A stretch of DNA of 64,000 nucleotides from Candidatus Eiseniibacteriota bacterium (GTDB lineage Bacteria; Eisenbacteria; RBG-16-71-46): the NCBI GenBank assembly GCA_041483195.1, contig JBGPFC010000002.1, positions 32,001 through 96,000 on the forward strand, written 5' to 3'. The notes below the pieces were generated by a model. That model worked only from the letters and a program-made list of their open reading frames with translations. It did not search any database and was not told where the DNA came from. The position numbers were made by a program, and so were the translations under genes. Shown here in pieces: positions 9,843 to 24,627 of the stretch (its first letter is position 1; each line of letters opens with the position of its first letter).

Positions 9843-12317
9843 TTGTCCCCGAACCCGCCCAAAGACCGGCCCTCGCGCGCGGCGCGCAAGCCGGCCGCCG
9901 CGGAGAAGCCGCAGACGCTGAGCATCGCGCGCGGCGACGAGCGCTTCACCTTCCGCGACCGCCTGCCGCTGCTGCCGCTGCGCGACGTCGTCATCTTCCC
10001 GTACATGACCATCCCGCTGCTGGTGGGACGCCTGCCGTCGATCAACGCGATCGAGAAGGCGGTGGCGCGCGACCGGATGCTGTTCGTGACCGCGCAGAAG
10101 AGCAGCGAGGTCGCCGATCCGTCGCACGACGAGCTCTACAAGGTGGGCACGGTGGTGCGCGTGCTCCAGCTGTTCCGGCTGCCCGACGGCACCATTCGGG
10201 TGCTGGTCGAGGGACTCTGCCGCTGCCGGGTCGAGCGTTTCGCGTGGTCGAGCGACTACTACACCGTGAAGGTCGCGGTGCTCGAGGAGCTGACCGTCGC
10301 CGGGACCTCGGTCGAAGCGCAGATGCGCCACGTGCTGTCGCTCTTCAACGACTACGTGCACCTCAACAAGCGCATCCCGGACGAAGTGCTGATGACGGCG
10401 AACAACATCACCGACCCGGCGTCGCTCGCGCACACCGTGTCGGCGCACCTGCTGGTCAAGGTGCCGCAGAAGCAGCGCCTGCTCGAGATCGAGGGCGTCG
10501 CCGAGCGCCTCAAGCTGCTGGGCGAGACGCTCGCCGCCGAGCTCGAGATCGTGAAGCTCGAGCGCAAGATCGAAGGCCAGGTGCGCTCGCAGGTGCACAA
10601 GAACCAGAAGGAGTTCTATCTCAACGAGCAGCTCAAGGCGATTCGCAAGGAGCTGGGCCACCAGAACGAATTCTCGAGCGAGATCGACGAGCTGTCCGCC
10701 GCGATCAAGAAGGCGCGCATGCCCCGCGAGGTGGTGCCGCGCGCGCTCAAGGAGCTGGACCGGCTCTCGAAGATGAGCTTCATGTCGCCAGAGGCGACCG
10801 TGGTGCGCAACTACCTCGACTGGCTGGTGTCGCTGCCGTGGCGCAAGGCCACGCGCGACAACCAGGACATCCGCGGGGTCGAGCGGATCCTCGACGAGGA
10901 CCACTTCGGCCTCCGCAAGGTGAAGGAGCGGGTGGTCGAGTACCTGTCGGTGCTCAAGCTCACCGGACGGAACAAGGGGCCGATCCTGTGCTTCGTCGGC
11001 CCGCCCGGCGTGGGCAAGACGTCGCTCGGCAAGTCCATCGCGCGCTCGCTCGGCCGCCGTTTCGTGCGCGTCGCCCTGGGCGGGGTGCGGGACGAGGCCG
11101 AGATCCGCGGGCACCGCCGCACCTACATCGGCTCGCTGCCGGGGCGCATCGTGCAGAGCCTGCGCCGCGCGGGCAGCAGGAATCCCGTGTTCCTGCTCGA
11201 CGAGATCGACAAGCTGGGCGCCGACTTCCGCGGCGACCCGTCGTCGGCGCTGCTCGAGGTGCTCGATCCCGAGCAGAACCACACCTTCAACGACCACTAC
11301 CTCGAGGTCGACTTCGACCTGTCGCAGGTCATGTTCATCTGCACCGCCAACTCGCTCTACTCGATCCCGCCCGCGCTGCAGGACCGCATGGAGACCATTC
11401 GCCTGCCCGGTTATCTCGAGACCGAGAAGGTGCAGATCGCGAAGCGCTTCCTGGTGCCGAAGCAGACCGCGGCGGCCGGCCTCGGGCCGAGGGACGTTCG
11501 CGTCACCGAGCCGGCGCTGCAGGCGATGGTGACCCGCTACACGCGCGAGGCCGGGGTCCGCAATCTCGAGCGCGAGATCGCGGGGCTGTGCCGCAAGGTC
11601 GCGAAGCGGAAGGCGTCGGGCCTGCTGCGCCACGGGGTCACGGTGACGCAGTCCAACCTGCACCGCTACCTGGGGCCGACCCGCTTCCTCGACGACGTCA
11701 TCGAGCGCGTGGCTCGCATCGGGGTCGCGAACGGGCTGGCGTGGACCGAGACCGGCGGCGAGGTGCTCACCATCGAGGTCACCATCCTGCCGGGCAAGGG
11801 CGAGCTGCAGCTCACCGGCAAGCTGGGCGAGGTCATGCGTGAATCCGGACAGGCGGCGCTCTCCTACGCCCGCTCGCGCGCGCAGCAGCTCGGGCTCGAC
11901 AAGTGGTTCTATCGCGACATCGACATTCACGTGCACGTGCCGGAGGGCGCGAGCCCGAAGGACGGTCCGTCCGCGGGCATCACGATCGCCACCGCGCTCG
12001 TCAGCGCGCTGACCGGGGTTCCGACCCGGCCCGAGGTCGCGATGACCGGCGAGATCACGCTGCGCGGCACGGTGCTCCCGATCGGCGGCCTGATCGAGAA
12101 GGCGGTGGCGGCGCGGCGGGCGGGGCTCAAGACCGTCGTGATCCCCGCCGCGAACGAGAAGGATCTGGTCGAGATTCCCGACGACGTGCGCGCCGATCTT
12201 CAGTTCGTGCGGGTCGAGACCATGGACCAGGTGCTGGAACTCGCGCTCGACCGCGCGCCGCGGACCGAGGCGCCGCCCCGGCCCGACGACATCGAGCCCG
12301 CGCACTACACCCACTGA
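9843..12317 (+). CDS. lon: Lon (La) ATP-dependent protease
   Basis: [39 protein letters not shown]. Confidence 0.97.
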   Translation: MSPNPPKDRPSRAARKPAAAEKPQTLSIARGDERFTFRDRLPLLPLRDVVIFPYMTIPLLVGRLPSINAIEKAVARDRMLFVTAQKSSEVADPSHDELYKVGTVVRVLQLFRLPDGTIRVLVEGLCRCRVERFAWSSDYYTVKVAVLEELTVAGTSVEAQMRHVLSLFNDYVHLNKRIPDEVLMTANNITDPASLAHTVSAHLLVKVPQKQRLLEIEGVAERLKLLGETLAAELEIVKLERKIEGQVRSQVHKNQKEFYLNEQLKAIRKELGHQNEFSSEIDELSAAIKKARMPREVVPRALKELDRLSKMSFMSPEATVVRNYLDWLVSLPWRKATRDNQDIRGVERILDEDHFGLRKVKERVVEYLSVLKLTGRNKGPILCFVGPPGVGKTSLGKSIARSLGRRFVRVALGGVRDEAEIRGHRRTYIGSLPGRIVQSLRRAGSRNPVFLLDEIDKLGADFRGDPSSALLEVLDPEQNHTFNDHYLEVDFDLSQVMFICTANSLYSIPPALQDRMETIRLPGYLETEKVQIAKRFLVPKQTAAAGLGPRDVRVTEPALQAMVTRYTREAGVRNLEREIAGLCRKVAKRKASGLLRHGVTVTQSNLHRYLGPTRFLDDVIERVARIGVANGLAWTETGGEVLTIEVTILPGKGELQLTGKLGEVMRESGQAALSYARSRAQQLGLDKWFYRDIDIHVHVPEGASPKDGPSAGITIATALVSALTGVPTRPEVAMTGEITLRGTVLPIGGLIEKAVAARRAGLKTVVIPAANEKDLVEIPDDVRADLQFVRVETMDQVLELALDRAPRTEAPPRPDDIEPAHYTH

Positions 12318-12337
12318 GTGATCCGGAGCCGCGAGCC

Positions 12338-13474
12338 ATGACGGCGTCCAGGATCCGGCTCTTCACGCCCGGCCCGGTGGAGATTCCCGCCCGCATCCTG
12401 CGGGCGCTCGCGCAGGTGCCGCCGCATCATCGCACCGACGTCTTCCGCGACGTGATGAAGCGTGTCACCGAGGGGCTGCGCGCGCTGCACGGCACGCAGG
12501 GAGAGGTGTTCCTGCTCGCCGCCTCCGGCACCGGGGCGATGGAAGCCGCGGTCGTCAACCTGCTCGGGCCCGGCTCGCGCCCGCTCGCGATCGGCGGCGG
12601 AAAGTTCGGCGAGCGCTGGGCGAGGCTGCTCGAGGCGTACGGCCTCACGCACCAGACCCTCGACGTGGCGTGGGGGGCCGCGGTGGATCCCGGTGAGGTG
12701 GAGCGTCGGCTCGCGCTCGACCCCTCGATCGACACCGTCTTCGCGACGCACAGCGAGACCTCGACCGGCGCGCTCCACGACGTCGAGTCGATCGCGCGCA
12801 TCACCCGGGCGCGGGGCGTGCGGCTGGTGGTGGACGCGATCACCAGCATCGGGGTGCATCCGCTCCCGCAGGACGCATGGGGCGTCGAGGTCGTGGTGTG
12901 CGGCTCGCAGAAGGGGCTCATGGTCCCGCCCGGCATCGCGACGGTGAGCCTCGCGCCGTGGGCGCGAGGCGAGATCGACGGCGAGCGGCTGCCGCGCTTC
13001 TATTTCGACCTGCGCAAGGCGCGCAAGAGCGCGCCGCTCGGCGAGAGCGCGTTCACGCCCCCCACGAGCCTGGTGCTCGCGCTCGAGGAGGCGCTCGGGA
13101 TGATCCGGGAGGAGGGGCTGGATCGCGTGCTCGATCGGCATCGCCGTCTCGCGCATGCGACGCGCGCGGGAGCGGAGGCGCTGGGCTTCACGCTGTTCTC
13201 GAGCAGCCCTTCCCATGCGGTCACGGCGCTCGTGCCCCCGCCCGGCATCGAGGCGGGCGCGCTGATCAAGCGGCTGCGCGAAGCGCACGGCATGGTGGTG
13301 GCGGGCGGGCAGGACGCGCTCAAGGGCCGGATCGTTCGAGTCGGTCACATGGGCGCGTACGATCTCGGCGACATCCACGCGTTGCTGGGCGCGCTCGAGG
13401 CGTGCGTCGTCGCGATGGGCCGGCCGGCGGGCGGCGCGGTTCCCGCGGCGCGGCTCGCGTGGGAGCGCGCATGA
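12338..13474 (+). CDS. Class V PLP aminotransferase (serine-pyruvate / phosphoserine aminotransferase-like)
   Basis: LFTPGPV, SGTGAMEA, HSETSTG, VDAITS, GSQKGLMVPPG, RVGHMG. Confidence 0.9.
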   Translation: MTASRIRLFTPGPVEIPARILRALAQVPPHHRTDVFRDVMKRVTEGLRALHGTQGEVFLLAASGTGAMEAAVVNLLGPGSRPLAIGGGKFGERWARLLEAYGLTHQTLDVAWGAAVDPGEVERRLALDPSIDTVFATHSETSTGALHDVESIARITRARGVRLVVDAITSIGVHPLPQDAWGVEVVVCGSQKGLMVPPGIATVSLAPWARGEIDGERLPRFYFDLRKARKSAPLGESAFTPPTSLVLALEEALGMIREEGLDRVLDRHRRLAHATRAGAEALGFTLFSSSPSHAVTALVPPPGIEAGALIKRLREAHGMVVAGGQDALKGRIVRVGHMGAYDLGDIHALLGALEACVVAMGRPAGGAVPAARLAWERA

Positions 13475-14382
13475 AGGTGCTGGTGACCGACGCGCTCGCC
13501 CCGCGCGCGCTCGAGCGTCTGCGCGAGGCCGGGCACGAGGTGATCGAGGCGTCCGGGCTCCAGGGCGCGGCGCTGGTCGCGGCGCTCGATGGGGTGCAGG
13601 CGCTCATCGTGCGCGGCGCGACGCGCGTCACCGGCGAGGTGCTGCGCGGCGCGCGTTCGCTCAAGGTGGTGGTGCGCGCCGGGACCGGGCTCGACAACAT
13701 CGATCAGAGCGCGGCGCGGCATCAGGGCATCGCGGTGTTCAACACCCCGCACGCGAACGCGGTCTCGGTCGCCGAGCTGGTATTCGGCCTCGCGCTCGCG
13801 TTCGAGCGCCACCTCGCGCCCGCGTCGACCGACTTGCGCGCCGGCCGCTGGGAGAAGGCGAAATTCTCGGGGCGGGAGCTGTCGGGCCACCGGATCGGGC
13901 TGGTGGGCTTCGGCCGGATCGGGCGCGAGGTCGCGCTGCGCGCGCGCGCCTTCGAGCTGGAGGTGTGGGCGAACGATCCGCTCCTCCCGCACTGGCCCTT
14001 AGGCTTCGAGTGGGTGCGCCGCGCGACGCTCGACGAATTGCTGGGCGCGTGCGACTACGTCTCGCTCCACGTGCCGCTCTCGCCCGACACGCGCGGGCTG
14101 ATCGGCGCCCCCGAGCTGACCGCGATGCGCCGGGACGCCGTGCTCGTCAACTGCGCGCGCGGCGGTCTGGTGGACGAAGCCGCGCTGCTCGCGGCGCTCG
14201 AGGCCGGGGCGTTGCGGGGGGCGCTGCTCGACACGTTCGCGAACGAGCCTCCCGGGGCGAGCGCGCTGCTCGCGCTCCCCAACGTGCTCGCGACGCCGCA
14301 TCTCGGGGCATCGACCGACGAAGCGCAGCGCCGCGCCGGCGAGGAGGCGGCGGCCGTCGTGATCGAGGCGCTGGGCGACTGA
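13471..14382 (+). CDS. serA: D-3-phosphoglycerate dehydrogenase-like D-2-hydroxyacid dehydrogenase (no ACT domain)
   Basis: RAGTGLDNID, NAVSVAEL, GFGRIG, NCARGG, TPHLGAST; ATGA overlap with the aminotransferase. Confidence 0.8.
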   Translation: MKVLVTDALAPRALERLREAGHEVIEASGLQGAALVAALDGVQALIVRGATRVTGEVLRGARSLKVVVRAGTGLDNIDQSAARHQGIAVFNTPHANAVSVAELVFGLALAFERHLAPASTDLRAGRWEKAKFSGRELSGHRIGLVGFGRIGREVALRARAFELEVWANDPLLPHWPLGFEWVRRATLDELLGACDYVSLHVPLSPDTRGLIGAPELTAMRRDAVLVNCARGGLVDEAALLAALEAGALRGALLDTFANEPPGASALLALPNVLATPHLGASTDEAQRRAGEEAAAVVIEALGD

Positions 14383-14426
14383 GCCGCGCGCGGGGGCGCG
14401 CCGGAGCTCCATCCTCTGGAGGATCG

Positions 14427-15125
14427 ATGAAGGTCGCCGACATGAACTGGATGCAGGTCGAAGCGTGGCTCGCCCGCGACGATCGCGCGGTGCTCCCGAT
14501 CGGCAGCACCGAGCAGCATGCCTACCTGAGCCTCGCGACCGACAACCTGCTGGCGGAGCGCGTGGCGGTCGAGGCCGCGGCGCCGCTCGGCGTCCCGGTG
14601 TTCCCGGTCGTGAGCTACGGCATCACGCCGACCTTCCGCGAATATCCCGGCACCGTGTCCCTGCGGGTGGAGACCCTGATCGCGGTGATCCGCGACGCCC
14701 TCGACAGCCTGGACGCGAGCGGATTCCGCCGCGTGTTGATCGTGAACGGGCACGGCGGCAACGCGCCGATCCAGACGTTCGCCGGCGAATGGGCGGCCGA
14801 TCACCCCCGCACGCGCGTGCGGTGCCACAACTGGTGGAACGCCCCGCGCACGCTCGCGCGCGTGCGCGAGATCGATCCGGTCGCGTCGCACGCCTCGTGG
14901 ATGGAGAGCTTCCCGTGGACCCGGGTCGCGGGGGCGGAGCCGCCCGATGCGCAGCGGCCGATGGTGGATCTCGCGCGGCTGCACCTGCTGCCGCCCGCCG
15001 CCGCCCGCGCGCTGCTCGGCGACGGCAACTTCGGTGGCCGCTACCGGCGCGCGGACGATGAGATGGAGTCGATCTGGCGCGTGGCCGTCGATGAGACGCG
15101 CGAGCTCATGGAGCGGTGGGAATAG
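14427..15125 (+). CDS. Creatininase / creatinine amidohydrolase family protein
   Basis: LPIGSTEQH, NGHGGN, SHASWME. Confidence 0.88.
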   Translation: MKVADMNWMQVEAWLARDDRAVLPIGSTEQHAYLSLATDNLLAERVAVEAAAPLGVPVFPVVSYGITPTFREYPGTVSLRVETLIAVIRDALDSLDASGFRRVLIVNGHGGNAPIQTFAGEWAADHPRTRVRCHNWWNAPRTLARVREIDPVASHASWMESFPWTRVAGAEPPDAQRPMVDLARLHLLPPAAARALLGDGNFGGRYRRADDEMESIWRVAVDETRELMERWE

Positions 15126-15210
15126 GCGGCCTGGCATCACCGGCGGCGCCGGCGCGTCTCGCGTGTGGTAGCCTGCGCGGCCGAACCGCTCCCAACCAGG
15201 AGATCACGCC

Positions 15211-17346
15211 ATGAGCCGGCATCCCCGATTCCGCGTGGCCGCCGCTGCGCTGGCCGCCCTCACGCTCACGAGTCTCGCGCTCACCGCCTCGGCCTCCGCC
15301 CCCTCGCCGCCCGCGACCCGCCGGGGTGACGTGAAGGAAGTCCTCCACGGGGTCGAGATCGTCGATCACTACCGCTGGCTCGAGGACAAGAACGCCCCCG
15401 AGACCCGCGCGTGGATCGACGCGCAAAACGCATACACCGCCTCCATGCTCGGACCGGTGCCGGGCCGCGCCCAGGTGCACGCGCGGCTCGAGCAGCTGCT
15501 GAAGGTCGACGCGGAGAGCGTCCCATTGGAGCGCGGCGGCCGGACCTTCTTCTCGAAGCGGCTGGCGGATCAGGATCTGTTCGTGCTCGTCATGCGCCAG
15601 GGGGAGGGCGGGCCGGACGAGGTGCTGGTGGATCCGCATCCGCTGAGCCCCGACCACACGGTATCCGTGAGCATGCTCGACGTCTCGGACGACGGAACGC
15701 TGCTCGCCTACGGCACGCGGCAGGGGGGCGAGGACGAGACCACCGTGACCCTCCTCGATCTGGCCACCCGCAAGGAGCTCCCGGACCGGCTGCCGAAGGC
15801 CCGCTACTTCGGAATCTCGATCACACCCGACAAGTCCGGGATCTACTACTCGCGGTTCGGGAGCGCGGGCGCGCGCGTGTATTACCACCGCATGGGCTCC
15901 GATCCCGCCGCCGACACGCTGCTGTTCGGCGAAGGCTATGGCCCCGACAAGATCGTGGTGTCGTCGCTCTCGGAGGACGGCCACTGGCTGCTGATCGCGG
16001 TGTACTACGGCTCGGCGACCGACCAGTCCGAGATCTACGTGCAGGACGCCGCGGCGCACGGTCCGATCACGCCGATCGTGAACGACGTGAAGGCCTATTT
16101 CCGCCCCGACATCGGCGGCGACCACCTGTACCTCCAGACCAACTGGAACGCTCCGAACGGCCGCATCCTCGACGTCGATCTGCTTCATCCCGCTCGCGAT
16201 CGGTGGAAGGAGCTGGTCGCCGAGCTCAAGGACGCCGTGATCGAGGACATCTCGCTCGCGGGCGGCAGGCTCTGCGTGAACTATCTGAAGAACGTGGCCT
16301 CGAGCGTCGAGGTGTTCGACGCCTCCGGAAAGTCCGAGCGCACGATCGCCTTCCCCACGCTCGGCTCGGTGGGCGCGATCCGCGGCCGCTGGGGCAGCCC
16401 CGAGGCGTACTTCAGCTACACGTCGTTCACGGTGCCATCGATCATCTACCGCTACGGCGTCGCGACCGGGGACCAGCGCGAGTGGTGGAAGGCGAGCGTG
16501 CCGATCGGTGGCGATCCGATCGAGGTCAGGCAGGTGTGGTACGCGTCGAAGGACGGTACCCGGATCCCGATGTTCCTCGTGTACCGGGCGGGACTCCGGC
16601 TCGACGGCAGCCACCCGACCTACCTGACCGGCTACGGCGGTTTCACGGTGAGCGAGACGCCCGCCTATTCCGCGCGTGCCGCGCTGTGGATCGAGAAGGG
16701 CGGCGTCTTCGCCCTGCCCAACCTGCGCGGCGGCGGCGAGTTCGGCGAGGCCTGGCACCACGCGGGCATGCTCGAGAAGAAGCAGAACGTGTTCGACGAT
16801 TTCATCGCGGCGGGCGAGTGGCTGGTGAAGAACCGCTACACCCGCCCCGAGAAGCTCGCGATCGCGGGCGGCAGCAACGGCGGCCTGCTGGTGGGCGCCG
16901 CGCTCACCCAGCGCCCCGACCTGTTTTGCGCGGTGGTGTGCAGCGTGCCGCTGCTCGACATGCTGCGCTACCAGCAATTCCTGGTCGCGCGCTTCTGGGT
17001 TCCCGAGTACGGCTCATCGGAGGACGCGCGCCAGTTCAAGACGCTCTACGCATACTCGCCGTACCAACACGTGAAGCCCGGCGTGAGCTATCCCGCGGTG
17101 CTGTTCGTCACCGGGGACTCGGACACCCGCGTCGATCCGCTGCACGCGCGCAAGATGACGGCCCTGCTCCAGGCCTCGACCGGGTCCGACCATCCGATCC
17201 TCCTCCACTACGACACCAAGCTCGGCCACGCGGGCGGGAAGCCGGTCAGCAAGCAGATCGACGACACCACGGACGAGCTGATGTTCCTGTTCTGGCAGCT
17301 GGGCGTGAGCGCGGCGCCGAGCGCGGCGGTGCCCGGAACGAACTGA
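15211..17346 (+). CDS. Exported prolyl oligopeptidase (S9A)
   Basis: Signal peptide, DHYRWLED, GYGGF, RGGGEFG, GGSNGG nucleophile, DTRV, GH. Confidence 0.93.
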   Translation: MSRHPRFRVAAAALAALTLTSLALTASASAPSPPATRRGDVKEVLHGVEIVDHYRWLEDKNAPETRAWIDAQNAYTASMLGPVPGRAQVHARLEQLLKVDAESVPLERGGRTFFSKRLADQDLFVLVMRQGEGGPDEVLVDPHPLSPDHTVSVSMLDVSDDGTLLAYGTRQGGEDETTVTLLDLATRKELPDRLPKARYFGISITPDKSGIYYSRFGSAGARVYYHRMGSDPAADTLLFGEGYGPDKIVVSSLSEDGHWLLIAVYYGSATDQSEIYVQDAAAHGPITPIVNDVKAYFRPDIGGDHLYLQTNWNAPNGRILDVDLLHPARDRWKELVAELKDAVIEDISLAGGRLCVNYLKNVASSVEVFDASGKSERTIAFPTLGSVGAIRGRWGSPEAYFSYTSFTVPSIIYRYGVATGDQREWWKASVPIGGDPIEVRQVWYASKDGTRIPMFLVYRAGLRLDGSHPTYLTGYGGFTVSETPAYSARAALWIEKGGVFALPNLRGGGEFGEAWHHAGMLEKKQNVFDDFIAAGEWLVKNRYTRPEKLAIAGGSNGGLLVGAALTQRPDLFCAVVCSVPLLDMLRYQQFLVARFWVPEYGSSEDARQFKTLYAYSPYQHVKPGVSYPAVLFVTGDSDTRVDPLHARKMTALLQASTGSDHPILLHYDTKLGHAGGKPVSKQIDDTTDELMFLFWQLGVSAAPSAAVPGTN

Positions 17347-17389
17347 CTCCGGGCGACGGTGAGGCTCGAACCCGCGCGGCGTCCCGATG

Positions 17390-20426
<3,037 letters not shown>

Positions 20427-20430
<4 letters not shown>

Positions 20431-23063
20431 CGCCAGCGCTCGCGGGGCAGCGGCGTTCGAATGCGCCCCACCGAAAGCGCGCGCGCCGCGGGCGAGTCCT
20501 TCATGGGCAGCGCCATGCGCCGCACGCCGTCGAACGCCTCGAGCGCGCCGGCCACCGCCGCCGCGGTGGGCACGAGTCCGATCTCGCCCAGCCCCTTCGC
20601 CCCGAACGGGCCCTCCGGCTCCGGCTCCTCGACCAGCAGCACCTCCACCGCCGGCATGTCGCGCGCGCGCAGGATGCCGAGCTGGTAGCGGGAGAACGTG
20701 ACCGGCATGCCGTCCACGCACGGCAGCTCCTCGCTGAGCGCGTAGCCCAGCCCCATGTGGATCGCGCCCTGGATCTGCGCCTCGCACAGCGCCGGGTTCA
20801 CGGCGCGTCCCACGTCGTGCGCCGCGATGACGCGCTCGAGCCGGCCGAGTGGATCGAGCACGCACAGCTGCGTCGCGAAGCCGTAGGTGGTGTGCGTCTT
20901 GATGACCGGGACATCGGCGCCGAGCGCCGTGGTGTCGTCAACGCACTCGTCGGCGGCGTACACGCGGCCCGCGAGCGAGGCCAGGGCCGCGCCGCGATCG
21001 AGATCCGCCCGCAACTTCTCGGCCGCGCTCTTCACGGCCCGGCCCGCGAACAGCGTCGCCCGCGAGCCCGTGGTCTGGCCGCAGTCGAGCGCGAAGGTCG
21101 CGTCCACCTTCGGGCGAAACGCGGCGGGCGGGAGCCCCGTGACCTCGACCGCGATCTGGATCAGGACGGTGAACAGCCCCTGGCCCATCTCGGTGAAGCC
21201 CTGGTAGATGCCGACCGTGCCGTCGCGTTCGACGACCAGCCGCGCCTTGCCCCATTCCACCACGCCGTTCCCGAGCCCGGTGTTCTTGATCCCGCACGCG
21301 ATGCCCACCGCGCGCCCCTCCGCGACCAGCGCGCGGTAGCGATCGCGCACCGCGAGCAGCGTGCGCCGGATGCCGACCGATTTCGTGAGGCGCTGCCCGG
21401 TGGTGAGCGCGTCGCCCGGTTCGATCGCGTTGCGCCAGCGGATCTCCCAGCGGTCGAGCCCGCTCGCGCGGGCGAGCGCGTCCATCGCGCCCTCGATCGC
21501 GAAAGCGGCCTGGTTCGCGCCGAAGCCGCGCATCGCGCCGCACGGCGGGTTGTTCGTGTAGACCGCGAGCGCCTCGATGTCCACGGCGGGCACGCGGTAC
21601 GGGCCGCAGACGTGCCCCGCCGCCCGCTCGAGGACCTTCGCCCCGACCGAGGCGTAAGCTCCGGAGTCGCCGAGCAGCCGCGCCTCCACCGCGGTGAGCC
21701 GGCCTTCGGCATCGCATCCCACCCGCAGGCGCAGGGTGATGGGATGGCGCTTGGGGTGCATGCGTATCGATTCGCGCCGCGAGAGCGCGAGCTTGACCGG
21801 CCGGCCCGTGAGCGAAGCGAGCAGGGCCGCGTGTCCCTGGATCGAGAGATCCTCCTTGCCGCCGAACGCGCCGCCGCTCGGCCGCAGCTCGACGAACACC
21901 CGCTCCTCCGGCACCGCGAGCAGTCGTGCGACCTGGCGCCGGTCGTCGAACACGCCCTGGCCCTGGGTGTACAGGTGGAGCACGCCGTCCGGACGCGGCA
22001 CCGCGAACGCGCACTCGGGCTCGAGGAAGTAGTGCTCGATGCGTTGCGTGCTCCACGTGCCGGAGATCACGTGCGCGCTGGCCTCCAGCGCCCGCCGCGC
22101 GTCGCCGCGCCGGATCGTGGAGCGCGAGAGCAGGTTGTCCCGCGACGGGTGCACGCGCGGCGCATCCGGGCGCAGCGCGGCCTCGGGGTCGGTGAGCGGC
22201 GCGAGGGTTTCGTATTCGACGTCGATGGAGGCCGCGGCCTCGCGCGCCGCGGCCTCGCTCTCGGCGGCGACCGCCGCGATCACGTCTCCCACGCAGCGTG
22301 TCTCCTCGCCGGCCGCGACGAACGCCGGCCAGTCGTCGGTGAGGAGACCGTTCCAGCGCTCGCCGCGCACGTCGGCGGCGGTCGCGATGCACACCACGCC
22401 CGGCACGGCCCGCGCGCGCGCGGTGCCGATGCTGACCACCCGCGCGCGGGCGTGCTCGCTCAGCGCGACGGCGCCGAACAACATGCCGGGGCGCGCGAGG
22501 TCGTCGACGAACGCGCTCTCGCCGAGCGTGAGCGCGCGGGCGCCGTACCGCTCGAGACGCGCGCCGACCCCTCCCGCGTCGTGCGGCCCGGGGAGCGGCA
22601 CGCCGCGCGCGGCGCCCGCCGCGAGCGCGATCGCGTCGAGAATCGAGTGGTATCCGGTGCAGCGACAGAGATGTTCATCGAGCGCCGCCGCGATCTGCTC
22701 GCGGGTGGGCGCCGGGTTTCGATCGAGCAGGTGCTTCGCGCGCATCACGATCCCGGGCGTGCAGAAGCCGCACTGTACGCCGCCCGCGGCGGCGAAAGCG
22801 CCAGCGAACCGCTCGCGCTCCAGCGGGCTCAGGCCCTCGACGGTCAGCACCTCGCAGCCCGCTGCGGCGGCGGCGGGGAGGGTGCACGTCGCGCGCGGCT
22901 CGCCGTTCACCAGCGCGACGCACGCCCCGCACTGTCCGAGCGGCGGGCAGCCGCGTTTCGGCGAGCGGATGCCGAGCCGCTCCCGCAGGATGTCGAGCAG
23001 GGACTCGGAGGGAGCGGCTTCGACCTCGCGCGGCTCCGCGTTCACGATCAGAGAGACCCGCAT
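20427..23063 (-). CDS. xdh: Molybdenum hydroxylase (2Fe-2S plus Mo-binding fusion), resembling selenium-dependent xanthine dehydrogenase
   Basis: Two 2Fe-2S motifs (GC..GQCGAC; QCGFCTPG..CRCTGY), GGAFGGK, AMRGFG, EMGQG, GAKGLGE (catalytic Glu); no FAD domain. Confidence 0.88.
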
Positions 23064-23067
23064 GGCC

Positions 23068-24627
23068 TCACGCCCTCGCGGCCGCCGCGAGCGCCCCCGG
23101 GTAGCGGGCGAGGAACGCGATCGCGGCCTCCAGCTCACGCACGTCGAGACACTCCCCGATCTTGTGCGTGTTCTGCTCGATGCCGGTGCCGATGCCGAAC
23201 ATCGCGGCGTGGCGGAACGCGCCGGCATCGACCCAGCGCTTGCGCCCCGGCACCTCGATGCCGCTGCCCTCCGCCGGCACCGGCCAGCCCACGCCGTCGG
23301 TCGAGAAGATCCAGCGGTCGACGCGCGGCTCGCGCCGCAGCGATCCGCCCTGCTCGCGTGGCTCCCTGACGTGCGGCGAGACCGCGGCGCGCCACGCCGA
23401 AACCGCCGCGCGAATCGCCGGGTGCTCCTCGGGCGTCACCCAGCCCATGTAGATCTGCGGATTGCCAGGCACGTACCCGCGCCAGGTCGGCTGCTCGTAG
23501 GTCGGCACGGCGATCGTGACGCGCAGTCCCGCCGCGCGCGCGCGGCCCACCGCCGGCAGCGCCTCCACGTCGGCGAGCGCCCGCTCCGGGGTTTCGCCCA
23601 CCGTGAGCCGGCGATCGAAACGGAAGGTGAAGCGTTCCGGCACCGCGCAATCGCTCGGCGTCTCGAGCGCGGCCCACGACGCGGTGCGCGTGCCGTGTCC
23701 GAGGAACGCGTGATCGAGAAATCCCTCGCGGCGGTCGTAGGCCGAGGCGGCCTCGGCGAGGATCGCGCCGCCGTGCTCGAGCGGGTTCAAGCCCTCCCAT
23801 GGCATCGAACCGTGGCACGAGCGGCCCGCGATCGCGACCTCGATCTGCATGCGGCCGCGCTGGCCGCGATAGAGTCCGAGCGCGCCCTTCGCCGCGTCGC
23901 CGGTCGAGTCGGTGAGGATCACCACGTCGGGGATCAGCTCGGGCGGGGCGCCGGGCAGCAGCCGGCGGGTGACCCAGAGCGGGCCGCCGCCGTCGTTGTC
24001 CTCCTCGCCGACCGTGATCATGCCGCGCACGATCACGCCGCTCAGCGCCCCGGCGGGAGCGACCTCGACCAGGATGCGGGAGGCCACGATCTGCGACACC
24101 ACCCCGCCGAGCTGGTCGGCCGCGCCGCGGCCGAACACCAGGTGGTGCCATTCGTCGTCGGGGGGCAGGTAACCGAGCTCGCGGCGCAGGAAGCCGCGAT
24201 CCACCCGCGCGGGATCGATCACGCCCAGGTAGGGATCGATGCCGCCGGTCTTCTCGAGCCACTGCGGCCGCAGCGCCTTCACCGTGTCGCAATGGCCATC
24301 GAGCCAGATGACCCGCTTCTCGGCGCGCGGGACGCCGTCGCCGCGGTCCTCCAGCGTCCACTCGAGATTGCCGAACGCGTCGAAGCCCGCGTCGGCCGGG
24401 TTCGCGACCGCTCCGATCTCGATCATCGTGCGCAGCAGGTACTCGATGCGCGGCCCCTCGTGATTGCTGAGCCCGCAAGCGGGATCGCCGCCGGCTTCGA
24501 GCGGGCGATCCACGACGTCGGCGGGGATGCGGATCGCCTCGCGCAGGATCGAGGTCGCGAGCGGAAGATCGCGGGCGGCGAGCGCCGCGAGGCGATCGTC
24601 GAGCGCCGAGGACGCGGTGGGGCTCAT
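23068..24627 (-). CDS. ygeY: YgeY-like M20 metallohydrolase
   Basis: DGHCDTV, GRGAADQLGG, GEED, YRGQRGRM, SCHGSMP, WIFSTDGV. Confidence 0.82.
   Translation of the reverse strand: MSPTASSALDDRLAALAARDLPLATSILREAIRIPADVVDRPLEAGGDPACGLSNHEGPRIEYLLRTMIEIGAVANPADAGFDAFGNLEWTLEDRGDGVPRAEKRVIWLDGHCDTVKALRPQWLEKTGGIDPYLGVIDPARVDRGFLRRELGYLPPDDEWHHLVFGRGAADQLGGVVSQIVASRILVEVAPAGALSGVIVRGMITVGEEDNDGGGPLWVTRRLLPGAPPELIPDVVILTDSTGDAAKGALGLYRGQRGRMQIEVAIAGRSCHGSMPWEGLNPLEHGGAILAEAASAYDRREGFLDHAFLGHGTRTASWAALETPSDCAVPERFTFRFDRRLTVGETPERALADVEALPAVGRARAAGLRVTIAVPTYEQPTWRGYVPGNPQIYMGWVTPEEHPAIRAAVSAWRAAVSPHVREPREQGGSLRREPRVDRWIFSTDGVGWPVPAEGSGIEVPGRKRWVDAGAFRHAAMFGIGTGIEQNTHKIGECLDVRELEAAIAFLARYPGALAAAARA

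Noticed and set aside
12080..12105. Lon PIGGLIEK instead of PIGGLKEK, suggesting a lost catalytic Lys
   Set aside because: The catalytic Lys is the second one (43 residues after the Ser) and is retained.
14427..15125. Creatininase as mycofactocin MftE
   Set aside because: No mftA, mftB or mftC radical-SAM genes in the window.
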